Source: an uncultured Acidimicrobiaceae bacterium
GTDB lineage: Bacteria > Actinomycetota > Acidimicrobiia > Acidimicrobiales > RAAP-2
Length of the DNA stretch: 64,000 nt
NCBI GenBank assembly: GCA_963837125.1
Contig: CAWILW010000002.1
Location: forward strand, 62,812-126,811
Direction of reading: 5' to 3'
Below, in pieces: positions 17,770 through 26,576 of the stretch (position 1 is the first letter of the stretch; each line of letters starts with the position of its first letter). The notes beneath the pieces are model-generated. The model was not told where the DNA came from, made no database searches, and saw only the letters and a list, made by a program, of their open reading frames with translations. Both the position numbers and the translations under genes were made by a program.

Positions 17770-19130
17770 CGTGAGATCCCGAGACGGCGGGAGAGGTCGG
17801 ACGCAATGACGCCGTCGGGGTCGACGCGGCGGCAGACCGCCGTCAGTTCAGGCAGTCTGGGGTACATGACTGGGAGCAGCTCGGGTCGCAGCCGCGCGTC
17901 CTTGGCCAGGTACACCCGTCCGCCGCCATCGGCGACGATGTCGTCCAGGCGATCCAGGAAGGCAGGCAGGTCGTCCGACCCGAGGGGGAAATCAAGGGCC
18001 AACGTCCATCCCTCTTGCCCGAAGGAGAGGGGCCCGGGAGTGCCCGGCCCGAACCGCTTCAGGACGGCGAGGAACGAGGGGAGGCCCGAGGACGCGATAG
18101 CTGCCACAGCCGCCTGCACGACGTCTCCCCGTTGGGGTGAAACGGCGAATTGGTACTGCACGAACCCGGCTGGCCCGTAGAGCAGGTTCCAGCTTCCCAC
18201 CCCGTCGAGCGGGTGGAAGAAGGAGGCGAGGGGCCGCAGCGACTGCACCGACGGGGGAGACGCACGGAACCAGGCCTCGTTGAGGGCCCGCACCGACATG
18301 CGGTTCACCAGGCGGCTGGGAGCCGGACGGGGCACCCGGAACAGGGGGTCACCCGGGATCTCGCGACTTCGGGCCCTGAGGCGATCCGGAAGCGCGCTGG
18401 ATGGTGCGTGGTTACCGCGCGTGAGGACGGACCGGTGACCCCCGCCTCGATGACCGAGACAGTCGAGCCAGGCCACGCTATGGCGATAGAGGCGATCGGA
18501 CTCCTCCATCGTCGCCATGAGGTCATCGAGACCGTTGAACCTCAGGGTGTCCACCTGCATCCACGACGTCTCAATCGGGGTCAGCCGCAGGGTGGCGCTG
18601 GTCACGATTCCCGTCAGGCCCATTCCGCCGGCGGTGGCCCAGAACAGCTCGGGGTCGGATTCGGGTGACACCGTGAACGTGCCCGTAGGCGTCGCGAGCG
18701 TCATCTCCACGACGTGGCGGCAGAAGCTGCTGTCACAGTGATGGTTCTTGCCGTGGACGTCGGCGGCGATCGCACCGCCGATCGACACGTAGCGCGTTCC
18801 AGGGGTGACCGCAACGAACCATCCCGCCGGAATGATGTGCCGCATCAGCTGGTGAAGGCTGACGCCTGCACCGACCTCGATGGTGCCCGAATCCGCGTCG
18901 AGTGTCCCGATGGAGGAGAGAGCAGCGGTCTCAATCGTCATTCCGCCGGTGCACTGGGCGGCATCGCCATAGCTCCGGCCGAGCCCACGGGCGATGACCC
19001 CACCGCGCGTCGAGCGGACCGCGATCTCCAGGGCGGTGTCGTCGAGCGGGCGACCGACCGCGGTCGTCGTCTGAGCGGTGCGACCCCACCCGCTGATCGG
19101 TTGGGGTGAAGGCTCGAGTGTCACCGTCAC
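17766..19130 (-). CDS. dprE1: decaprenylphosphoryl-beta-D-ribose 2'-oxidase (FAD)
   Basis: It contains GWGR...ARGLGRSYGDAAQ, an FAD-binding PCMH-type domain. The C-terminus aligns with mycobacterial DprE1 (LKRFGPG...LSF...GW..A.DFP...GGRVYLAKDARL). GTG 19130 overlaps the UbiA stop (GTGA). Confidence 0.85.
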   Translation of the reverse strand: MTVTLEPSPQPISGWGRTAQTTTAVGRPLDDTALEIAVRSTRGGVIARGLGRSYGDAAQCTGGMTIETAALSSIGTLDADSGTIEVGAGVSLHQLMRHIIPAGWFVAVTPGTRYVSIGGAIAADVHGKNHHCDSSFCRHVVEMTLATPTGTFTVSPESDPELFWATAGGMGLTGIVTSATLRLTPIETSWMQVDTLRFNGLDDLMATMEESDRLYRHSVAWLDCLGHRGGGHRSVLTRGNHAPSSALPDRLRARSREIPGDPLFRVPRPAPSRLVNRMSVRALNEAWFRASPPSVQSLRPLASFFHPLDGVGSWNLLYGPAGFVQYQFAVSPQRGDVVQAAVAAIASSGLPSFLAVLKRFGPGTPGPLSFGQEGWTLALDFPLGSDDLPAFLDRLDDIVADGGGRVYLAKDARLRPELLPVMYPRLPELTAVCRRVDPDGVIASDLSRRLGISR

Positions 19131-20104
19131 GCGTAGATGCCGATGATCATGAGCGCGAGCCAGAGTGCCCCATAGCCTTGAAGGACGTGATCGTGAATGG
19201 CCAACTGCTCCGGTTCGCCGCCCTGCCCCGCATCGAGGAGCCGGAGGATGTGCAGCACGGCGAGAACGAGAGGGACCACAGTGAGTTCGATCCACACGAC
19301 GTTGTGGCCGGCACGGGCCAAGAGCCCCCCGGTTCGTTCGAACGCCCACAGACAGTAGGCCGCGACTGTCACCGTGGCCGAGATCGTCAGCGTCGACCTG
19401 AGGAACGACTCCGTGTACTTGTCCAAGACGGCCCGGTGGTCACCCCGGTCCCGGCCCAGGCGTGCGTACTCGGCACAACGCTTCCCGGTCACGACGAAGA
19501 GCGCCGCGAACGACGTGAACACCAAGAACCAATTCGAGAGGGGCACGTTGGCGGCGACTCCACCCGCAACCGCCCGCAACACGAATCCCGCGGCAACCAC
19601 CGCCAGCTCCATCACGGGTTCCATCTTCAGCCGGATGCTGTAGGCGATGCTCAAGGCGGCGTAGGCCACGACAACGATGACCAGGCCGAACGGGCCGATC
19701 ACCCCTGCGGCGGCGATGCCGGCGGCGATCAGGACACCTGCCGCCACAAGGGCCGTGTGGGGGCGCAGCGCTCCGCTCGCCACCGGTCGGTCCTTCTTGG
19801 TCGGATGGTGTCGGTCCGAGCCGGCATCGATCACGTCGTTGACGAGATAGGTGCCGGAGGCGACGACGCAGAAGACCAGGAACGTGCCGATGACGCTGAC
19901 CGTGGTCTGCCAGTTGCTCAGCACCCCTGCGGCCGCGGGGGCGGCGAACACGAGGAGGTTCTTGATCCATTGCGTCGGCCGCATTCCCCGGATCAGAAGC
20001 CGCAGGGTCGGGCCCACGCCGACCGATGAGGGATCAGGCACGGGCGCCAGTAGGGATTCCTCGGATGAGCCGCCGCTCGCGAAGGAGTTGTCCGAAGCCG
20101 TCAC
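19127..20104 (-). CDS. decaprenyl-phosphate phosphoribosyltransferase (UbiA family)
   Basis: It is a polytopic membrane protein with the UbiA motif YLVNDVIDAGSDRHHPTKKDRP and resembles mycobacterial Rv3806c-type enzymes. Its GTG start overlaps the upstream stop. Confidence 0.85.
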   Translation of the reverse strand: MTASDNSFASGGSSEESLLAPVPDPSSVGVGPTLRLLIRGMRPTQWIKNLLVFAAPAAAGVLSNWQTTVSVIGTFLVFCVVASGTYLVNDVIDAGSDRHHPTKKDRPVASGALRPHTALVAAGVLIAAGIAAAGVIGPFGLVIVVVAYAALSIAYSIRLKMEPVMELAVVAAGFVLRAVAGGVAANVPLSNWFLVFTSFAALFVVTGKRCAEYARLGRDRGDHRAVLDKYTESFLRSTLTISATVTVAAYCLWAFERTGGLLARAGHNVVWIELTVVPLVLAVLHILRLLDAGQGGEPEQLAIHDHVLQGYGALWLALMIIGIYA

Positions 20105-21339
20105 GATCCGGCTGCGGCCGACATCGTGATGAAGTCACGGGCCCACCATGACTGAAAGTATCGACCAGGCGTGCCGGTCATGCCCGCCAACAGTTCGGTG
20201 CCGTTGGCCCCCGTTGCCGCCCCTCCCGGGGTCGACGGCTGGTATGTGCTGTAGTTCACCCAGTCGGTATTGATGTCGAGCTCCATTGCGCGAACGGCAC
20301 CGGCCCGGACGAGGATGGTCGCGAGGTCGGCGATGTCGAGTCCGGGTCCACCCACATAGATTAGGGCTCCGTCCGCCGTGATCCCCATCCCCGATCGCCA
20401 CACGTAGAGATTGCCGCCGAGCGTCTTGCCCCACACCGATGTGTTCGGGTTGTAGACCGCCGGCACCACCTGCCCATGGTCGACGAGCAGGTCGAGGTTC
20501 TGGCGCACCGAAGCCACGTCGGCTCCCATGGAGACGTCGCGTCCCCACTGACCGAGGGTGAAGGAGCCGTTCTTGTAGACGACGAAGGAGGCGGCGCCCG
20601 TCCGGAGGGGGACGACCGTCTTATTGTCCGTGTAGTAGCCACCGTTGGCGTCGGACATCAGGAAGCCCGCATTGAAGGCGGCGACGAGCGACGTTGCGGC
20701 GCTCGGAGCGATGGGCGCCGTGCGTGTGTACGGGCCACCACCGGGAATCAGGCTCCCCGAGTACAAATTCGCCTTCAGGAGCATGGGATCCATCCAGGCC
20801 ACGCCGACGACGTAACTCGTGTGGATCGCGCTTGGGCGCAGCATCGTCTCGTAGACCGCCGGGATGCCCTTGACCAGGCGGCCGACGGGTGACCATTGCC
20901 CCTCACCCGCGACCGGCGAGCTCGCGATGGGGACGATCGCCGTAGGAGGGGAAAGGTGCGGGACGGTGACGGCGACGGGCGTGGCGTGGGTCGTCTTGGG
21001 CTTCGTGATGCTCCCGGGGGCCAGGGCGCCGCCGACCTTCGGTTGATGGTGGGAGTACCACTCGTTCTCGGCCCAGACGACGATGGACGCACCGCCGTGC
21101 TCTCTGAACCATTCCGCGGCGCGTGCTCCCATGGAGTTCCCGAGTGCCGGGTTGGTGAGCGCACCACCGAGCGAGATGGAGAGCCAGATCAGGAGGACGC
21201 TGAATGCGGCCGCGACGACGGCCAGGATCCGGCGTCGTCTGCGGTGCACCCGTGCCCTGGACCACCGGGCCCTTCGAGAGGCCCGGCTCCCGACCTCGGG
21301 AATCTCGACGTCGAGATCATCGAGGGGTGGGCTCAGCAC
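20101..21339 (-). CDS. membrane-anchored phosphodiester glycosidase (NAGPA/DUF2233)-family protein
   Basis: It has an N-terminal TM anchor plus AFNAGF...GGYY...VRQNL...RSGMGITADGALIYVGG...VRAMELDIN, a pattern I associate with this family. GTG 21339 is preferred because the ORF-track start at 21450 overlaps the ferredoxin gene by 118 nt. Confidence 0.6.
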   Translation of the reverse strand: MLSPPLDDLDVEIPEVGSRASRRARWSRARVHRRRRRILAVVAAAFSVLLIWLSISLGGALTNPALGNSMGARAAEWFREHGGASIVVWAENEWYSHHQPKVGGALAPGSITKPKTTHATPVAVTVPHLSPPTAIVPIASSPVAGEGQWSPVGRLVKGIPAVYETMLRPSAIHTSYVVGVAWMDPMLLKANLYSGSLIPGGGPYTRTAPIAPSAATSLVAAFNAGFLMSDANGGYYTDNKTVVPLRTGAASFVVYKNGSFTLGQWGRDVSMGADVASVRQNLDLLVDHGQVVPAVYNPNTSVWGKTLGGNLYVWRSGMGITADGALIYVGGPGLDIADLATILVRAGAVRAMELDINTDWVNYSTYQPSTPGGAATGANGTELLAGMTGTPGRYFQSWWARDFITMSAAAGS

Positions 21340-21548
21340 GGGCGCTCTCGAAGGTGTAGGGCCTGCCTCGGGCACGAACGCACGGCACGGATCGCGTGCT
21401 CGTACAGGGCGGGGGCGATGTCGGCGCCGTCGACGAGCGGGTACCCCCAACGGTCGAGCTCAATGCGCTCCGGGAGGATCTCGGCACAGACGCCGCGACC
21501 ATCGCACGCGGTCGGGTCGATGACCAGCTCCACGCTCCAACGGCTCAT
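21333..21548 (-). CDS. small ferredoxin (three-Cys, predicted 3Fe-4S type)
   Basis: A 71-aa protein with CDGRGVC...CP, and Arg where 4Fe-4S ferredoxins have a second Cys. It overlaps the NuoF-like gene by ATGA. It is the last 71 codons of the 285-aa track ORF. Confidence 0.75.
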   Translation of the reverse strand: MSRWSVELVIDPTACDGRGVCAEILPERIELDRWGYPLVDGADIAPALYEHAIRAVRSCPRQALHLRERPC

Positions 21549-22855
21549 GCCCTGCTCACCAGCCTTCTCCTTGCCATTCCGTTGGGTACCGGCAGCACCC
21601 TCTGGCCCCGAGCCCCTGAGCACGATCCTCGCCGCTGATGCGACGCCACCTCGTCGGCGAAGACGCCGAGACCGCTCCGCACGAAGCGGGCCACCCCGTC
21701 GGGATGGCGACAGGCTCCACGTCCCTCGACGAGCTTGCATATTTCGAGAATCTGTTCGATGCGAGGTCCGCCCGCCACGCCGTAGGCGAGCCGCTCCATT
21801 GTACTGGCCAACTCGTCGAGCCCGCGGACACAGGGTCCGCACTGGCCTGCTCCCTGGCCCTCCATGTAGCGCACGACGTCCGCCATCTCGGCCAGAGGGC
21901 AGGCCCCCCGGGGCACCAGCGCAACCACGCCGGCCCCGAGCGTCGCACCAGCTCGACGAGCAGCCTTCTCCGACACGGTGAGCTCCTCGAACGCCCGGGG
22001 CGACACCCAGGCACCCCCGTAGCCCCCCAGGAGCACACCGAGCGCGCCGGCGGCCTCCTCGGTTCGAAGGCCCGTTGCCTGCCGGAGCGACGAGCCGAGG
22101 ACCGCCTCGGCGATCAGCGGCCCGCTGCCGTCGTTGACCGTCAACAGCATCGTCCCCGGATTGTCCGCTGTCCCGACGCGCCGGAACCAAGCGGCCCCGA
22201 AACGGGCGATGAGGGCGACGTGCGCCAGCGTCTCGACGTTCTGTACGAGGGTGGGTCGCCCCCTGACGCCTCGTTCGCGGATGGTCTCGAGTCCGACGAA
22301 TGTCGGGATCGCTTCCCCACGGCTGCCCAACGCGTTGACGACCGCCGACTCCTGGCCGGCGAGGAAGGTGTCCGGAGCCTCCACGACCTCGATCGCCAAT
22401 GGATCGAGGCGCTGGGTGCGGCGCTCCGACAGCGCGCGTTGCACGCTCGGGATGCTGATTGCAGAGCAGTAGACGATCGCCTGTGTGGCCCTCAGTGTTG
22501 TGGCTGCCAGAGCGAGCCCGTCAAGGACCAGATGAGGTGCGTGCGCGAGCAGGAATGCATCCTTCCGGCTGGCCGGCTCACTCTCCGCGCCATTGGCGAT
22601 CACGACCGGACGGCGACGCGACGCGTCCGCGACGGCGCGCCATTTGGTCGCGACGGGGAACCAGGCGCCACCGTGGCCGACGAGCGCGCTGGCCTCGAGC
22701 TCGTCGATGAGGCGGTCCCCCGGGTCACGCAGTGGTCCCCAGCGGTCGGTGTGGGTGGTCAGGCCGGGGTCGGGAGCGTCACCGGTGAGCCCGTAGAGAA
22801 GTCTCGTCCCGGCTTCAGGAGCGGTCCTCGCGTCGTTGGGCATCGTGAGACTCAC
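21545..22855 (-). CDS. NuoF-like NADH-binding FMN / 4Fe-4S flavoprotein
   Basis: It shows counterparts of the NuoF motifs: GHGGAWFPVATKW, NGAESEPASRKD, FLAGQESAVVNAL and the cluster region GQCGPC...GACRHPDG. Confidence 0.8.
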   Translation of the reverse strand: MSLTMPNDARTAPEAGTRLLYGLTGDAPDPGLTTHTDRWGPLRDPGDRLIDELEASALVGHGGAWFPVATKWRAVADASRRRPVVIANGAESEPASRKDAFLLAHAPHLVLDGLALAATTLRATQAIVYCSAISIPSVQRALSERRTQRLDPLAIEVVEAPDTFLAGQESAVVNALGSRGEAIPTFVGLETIRERGVRGRPTLVQNVETLAHVALIARFGAAWFRRVGTADNPGTMLLTVNDGSGPLIAEAVLGSSLRQATGLRTEEAAGALGVLLGGYGGAWVSPRAFEELTVSEKAARRAGATLGAGVVALVPRGACPLAEMADVVRYMEGQGAGQCGPCVRGLDELASTMERLAYGVAGGPRIEQILEICKLVEGRGACRHPDGVARFVRSGLGVFADEVASHQRRGSCSGARGQRVLPVPNGMARRRLVSRA

Positions 22856-23967
22856 TGCGTCGAGGTTCCCGAGGCCTGGCCGGTGAGCGTGCCCGAACCG
22901 GGATCCAGCGAGAGGTGCAACGTCAGGTCGAGCGAGCCTGTCGGCCCGCTCACCACGGCGCCGATCGAAGACCCGTTGAGGGCGGTGACCTGGCCGGAAA
23001 GGGGGCCGAACGTGACGTCACTTCGTCGCATCTGCACACCTCCGTCGGACGCTGGCCCGATGATCCGGACAACCAGCGGTGCCGTCGCGTCGCCGAGCGT
23101 CATGTTGAGGCTCACGACCGAGTCGCCGTCGGCATTGGGCCCCGACGTGGTGAAGGATCCCGTCACCGACGTCGTGAACGGAGCGGCCGGAACCGGCGGG
23201 GAGCCGGCGGGCACTGTGGACGGAGTCGCTCCGGCGCCCCCTCCGGCGGAGGAGGCGGTCGCGGAGCCGGCCAGCTGGGCCAGGAGCGCGGGGGAGGTGC
23301 CGGCCCGGTGCGACCAACCGGGGCGGAGCGGTCCGACGACCGCGAACACGGCGATGGTCAACAGCACCGCCGCCCCGGCGAGCACGCCTCCGAGGCGCCA
23401 GGTCACCGAGCGCGCCCGTCCGACGGCGAGGCGCCATGCAGCTGCGGCAGTCACCGAGCCGATGCAAGCGACGAAGATGATCAGCGCACCCGGCAGCTTG
23501 GCGTCCGTGCCCGCCCCGAGCCCGTGCATGACCGCGATCGGCCAACAGGCGTAGGCCAGCCAGTGCACCCCGCGCCAGGCGGCCACCCCGATACGGCGGC
23601 GCAGCGCACTGGTGATGGCCACGGCGAGCAGCATGTCGAAGGCCAGCGCCCCGAAGCCCACCCAGATCGGGCGGTAGGCGGATCGGAAGGGCAGCACCGC
23701 GTCCGCCAAGCCGATGGGGACGTAGCCGTCGCCGACGGTGGAAACGATGTGCACGGCGATCAGGGCCAGACAGAAGAGCGAGAGGTTTCGGTGGACCGAC
23801 TGCGACAGGAAACGGGGCCAACGGTCCGTCGTCCATCCCACTGACGCCACCGTCCCGAGGACGACCGTCGCAGTGAGCAGGATCAGCGAGACGAGCCCCG
23901 TCGCACGGGTCAAGTACCACAGGGCGGACGAGCCATGACCGACGGTCGCCACGAGCACCGCCGTCAT
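22852..23967 (-). CDS. ferric-reductase-like (MsrQ/NOX-type) bis-heme membrane protein with unknown C-terminal domain
   Basis: It has six hydrophobic helices and two His pairs spaced 13 and 12 residues apart (HRNLSLFCLALIAVH, HWLAYACWPIAVMH). It has no FAD or NAD domains. A low-complexity plus beta-rich C-terminal region of about 140 aa follows. Confidence 0.8.
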   Translation of the reverse strand: MTAVLVATVGHGSSALWYLTRATGLVSLILLTATVVLGTVASVGWTTDRWPRFLSQSVHRNLSLFCLALIAVHIVSTVGDGYVPIGLADAVLPFRSAYRPIWVGFGALAFDMLLAVAITSALRRRIGVAAWRGVHWLAYACWPIAVMHGLGAGTDAKLPGALIIFVACIGSVTAAAAWRLAVGRARSVTWRLGGVLAGAAVLLTIAVFAVVGPLRPGWSHRAGTSPALLAQLAGSATASSAGGGAGATPSTVPAGSPPVPAAPFTTSVTGSFTTSGPNADGDSVVSLNMTLGDATAPLVVRIIGPASDGGVQMRRSDVTFGPLSGQVTALNGSSIGAVVSGPTGSLDLTLHLSLDPGSGTLTGQASGTSTQ

Positions 23968-24935
23968 CGGGTGACACCCGCCCTGGGCCGCGGTGCCGGT
24001 TCAGCTGCGGGCCACCCCGGTGTGTGCATCACGGACCCGTCGAGGCGCACGAGCCGAGCGGGGAGCCCGAGCCCCGCCAACCAGTCGATCGCGCGCTCGC
24101 CCAGCACGATGGCTGCCGTGGACGCCGCATTCGCCTGGACGCAGCTTGCAGCGGTGGTCGTGACCGTGCGCCAGAAGACGGGGGCGGAGAGTCCAGTGCC
24201 CGGGTCCACGATGTGATGGACCGAATGCGAACCGAGCTGCCACTGCCGCACGCCGATGCCCGACGACGCCAGCCCGCCCGAGGAGATGCCGACCGCCTGG
24301 GAGGCCGTCGGCGAGGTGCACGTGTCGGCGATGCCGATGACGAACCCACCGGCAGGGGCGGGTCCGGCTGCCGCGGCATCACCTCCGAGCGACACCAGGG
24401 CACCGCAGCCCAGCTGTCGGTAGATGGACGTGGCCGCCCGGTCAGCGGCCAGCGCCTTCGCGGTGGCGCCGAGGTCGAGCGCACAATTAGCGGGGAGTTC
24501 GACCAAGTGCCGCGCGCGATCGATGCGGACCGAGCGCCATCCCGGTACTGGCTGCGCGGGAGGAAGGTCACCATCGACCCCGTCGAGGAGCGCCGCAAAG
24601 TCGCGGTCGTAGCCGAGCTGGTTCATGGCCAGGCCGACCGTGGGGTCGACCAGGCCGTCGGTGGCCGACGCCATCGCAAGCGCCACCTCGATCGCTTCGA
24701 AGAGCCCGGTGCTCACCTCGGACTCCGTACCCGCAACGGCGTTGAGCCGGCTGAGATCCGAGTCGTCCCGGAATCGGCTCGCCACGCGGTCGATGCGCTC
24801 CAGCTCCTTGATCAGGAGCTCAGAAGCCGCAACGAGTGCTGCGCTGTCCGTGACCACGAGCTCCGCGGTGGTGCCCAGGGCCCGGGTTCGGTACACGCAC
24901 TGCAGGCTCGAGTCGACGTCCGCCTTCGCCATCAA
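23964..24935 (-). CDS. apbE: FAD:protein FMN transferase
   Basis: ApbE pattern (ALGTTAELVV, LDLGATAKALAADRA, SLGGDAAAAG, SSGIGVRQW). The protein starts directly with the catalytic domain. Confidence 0.85.
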   Translation of the reverse strand: MMAKADVDSSLQCVYRTRALGTTAELVVTDSAALVAASELLIKELERIDRVASRFRDDSDLSRLNAVAGTESEVSTGLFEAIEVALAMASATDGLVDPTVGLAMNQLGYDRDFAALLDGVDGDLPPAQPVPGWRSVRIDRARHLVELPANCALDLGATAKALAADRAATSIYRQLGCGALVSLGGDAAAAGPAPAGGFVIGIADTCTSPTASQAVGISSGGLASSGIGVRQWQLGSHSVHHIVDPGTGLSAPVFWRTVTTTAASCVQANAASTAAIVLGERAIDWLAGLGLPARLVRLDGSVMHTPGWPAAEPAPRPRAGVTR

Positions 24936-25267
24936 CTCGATCCGCTGGTCACCGGAGCGGGCAGTGAGGCTCCCTGGGTGGGTGACGAAGGCGGATTGAG
25001 TCCGGCAGTGCCCGTGGCCTGACCGCTGTTGCCCGATGGCGTCGTGGCACCGGTCGTTGCCGTTTGGTGATGGCCTGGCAGGGCCTTGGCGACGTAGACG
25101 CCCAGCATCCCGACCGCGGTGATGGTGCCCACTCCGATGGCGGCGGTGATCACCGAGATCCGGGCCAGCGCACCGTCGCGGCGCAGTACCGCAGCGTGGC
25201 GCCGGTGCGCGGGGCTGGCCTTCCTGACAGCTGCCATGGGTCCAACGTTACGGACGGACCCTGACAC
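24932..25267 (-). CDS. small single-pass membrane protein with Thr/Ser/Gly/Pro-rich tail
   Basis: A basic N-terminus and one TM helix (ISVITAAIGVGTITAVGMLGVYVA) are followed by a tail containing TTGATT. Its stop overlaps the apbE start (TGATG). The start is GTG 25267 or ATG 25237. Confidence 0.45.
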   Translation of the reverse strand: MSGSVRNVGPMAAVRKASPAHRRHAAVLRRDGALARISVITAAIGVGTITAVGMLGVYVAKALPGHHQTATTGATTPSGNSGQATGTAGLNPPSSPTQGASLPAPVTSGSS

Positions 25268-25292
25268 CTACATGAAGAAACAGGTGGTCAGG

Positions 25293-26576
25293 CTAAGGAT
25301 TCCCTAAGAGTTCCTCGGCCGGAGCGCTGTCGGCCGGAGCGCGTGGCTTCCCGCGGCGCGGCGCCGCCTTCCGCCAGGAGACCTCCATCCGGGCCCCGCC
25401 GAGCTCCGACACACCGATGGCCCAGCTTCCCTGGGTCGAGCGTACGACCGAATCGGCGATCGCCAGCCCCAGCCCGGTCCCCGCCACCGACTCCGTTGCA
25501 CGGTGGAAGCGGTCGAAGACCGCATCACGTTGGTCCTCGGGTATGCCGGGTCCCGAGTCGTCGACGCGCAGGTCGACGCGGTTGCCCGAACCGCGCACGC
25601 TCACCTCGACCTGGCCACCGTGCCCGGCGAACTTGCATGCGTTGTCGATGAGGACGCCGGCCAACCGGTCGATGAGATTCCGCTGTGCGTGCACCACGAA
25701 AGGCCCGCCAACGCGTTCTGTGGTCATCGTGACACCATGTGCCGCGGCGAGCGCGGCAAAGCGCTGGACACATGCCTCGGACACGCCTGCCACGTCCGTC
25801 ACCTCGGTGACCTCGGCCGGGCCGGACTGGCTGTCGACCCGGGCCAGCCAGAGCAGGTCCTCGACGATCCGCCGCAGGCGGGCGCTCTCTTCCCGGACCC
25901 GTTCGAGAACACTTCTGTATGCCTCCGGATCACGCGGCCGAGCGAGGGCGAGGTCGACCTCCGCGTCGATGACCGAGATGGGGGTCCGGAGCTCATGGGA
26001 TGCGTCCGCCGTGAATTCGGCCTGCCGGCGCCGAACCTGCTCGGACGGCGCCGACGCCCGAAGGCCGACGATGGTGGCCCCGGAGAACACTGCAACCGCC
26101 AAGATCACGCCGAACACGAGCTCGGCCGCGAGCAGCGTCGACTGGACCTTGGATGCGCTGGCCAGGCTCTGGCCCGCCACGATCGTGGTCCCGCCGTCGT
26201 GCACAGCGTCGAAGCGGAACGTCGAGGCTCCCAGGCCCAGGGTGACCGGACCAGATCCCCAGGTTTTCGTCGGCAACCTCGGCGCTCCCGTCGTGAGCGG
26301 TGTCACGATGCCGGCCGGGGAGATCGACCAGAGAAAAAGGGGCGCGTCGTCGAGGTCCGTGGGCTGCCCGTTGGAGTTGTCCTGGGAGAGCGAAATTTCC
26401 TGGTGACGGGCGTCATGGAGATGATCGGACAAGCGGGCGTCCGTGGTCCCGACGAGGTGGTTGGTCACGACCAGGTTGAGCACCACCGCGGCCAGCAGGT
26501 AGCCGAGCATCACGATCAAGGTCGCGATGGCGGCAACCCGTACCGCGTGGCGGCGATGGGCCCCGGCATGGTTCAC
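25293..26576 (-). CDS. sensor histidine kinase (HisKA/HATPase, two TM segments)
   Basis: It has the H-box SHELRTPIS, an N-box (DNACKF) and G-boxes (DDSGPGI, GTGLGLAI), and overlaps the response regulator gene by 4 nt. Confidence 0.9.
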   Translation of the reverse strand: MNHAGAHRRHAVRVAAIATLIVMLGYLLAAVVLNLVVTNHLVGTTDARLSDHLHDARHQEISLSQDNSNGQPTDLDDAPLFLWSISPAGIVTPLTTGAPRLPTKTWGSGPVTLGLGASTFRFDAVHDGGTTIVAGQSLASASKVQSTLLAAELVFGVILAVAVFSGATIVGLRASAPSEQVRRRQAEFTADASHELRTPISVIDAEVDLALARPRDPEAYRSVLERVREESARLRRIVEDLLWLARVDSQSGPAEVTEVTDVAGVSEACVQRFAALAAAHGVTMTTERVGGPFVVHAQRNLIDRLAGVLIDNACKFAGHGGQVEVSVRGSGNRVDLRVDDSGPGIPEDQRDAVFDRFHRATESVAGTGLGLAIADSVVRSTQGSWAIGVSELGGARMEVSWRKAAPRRGKPRAPADSAPAEELLGNP

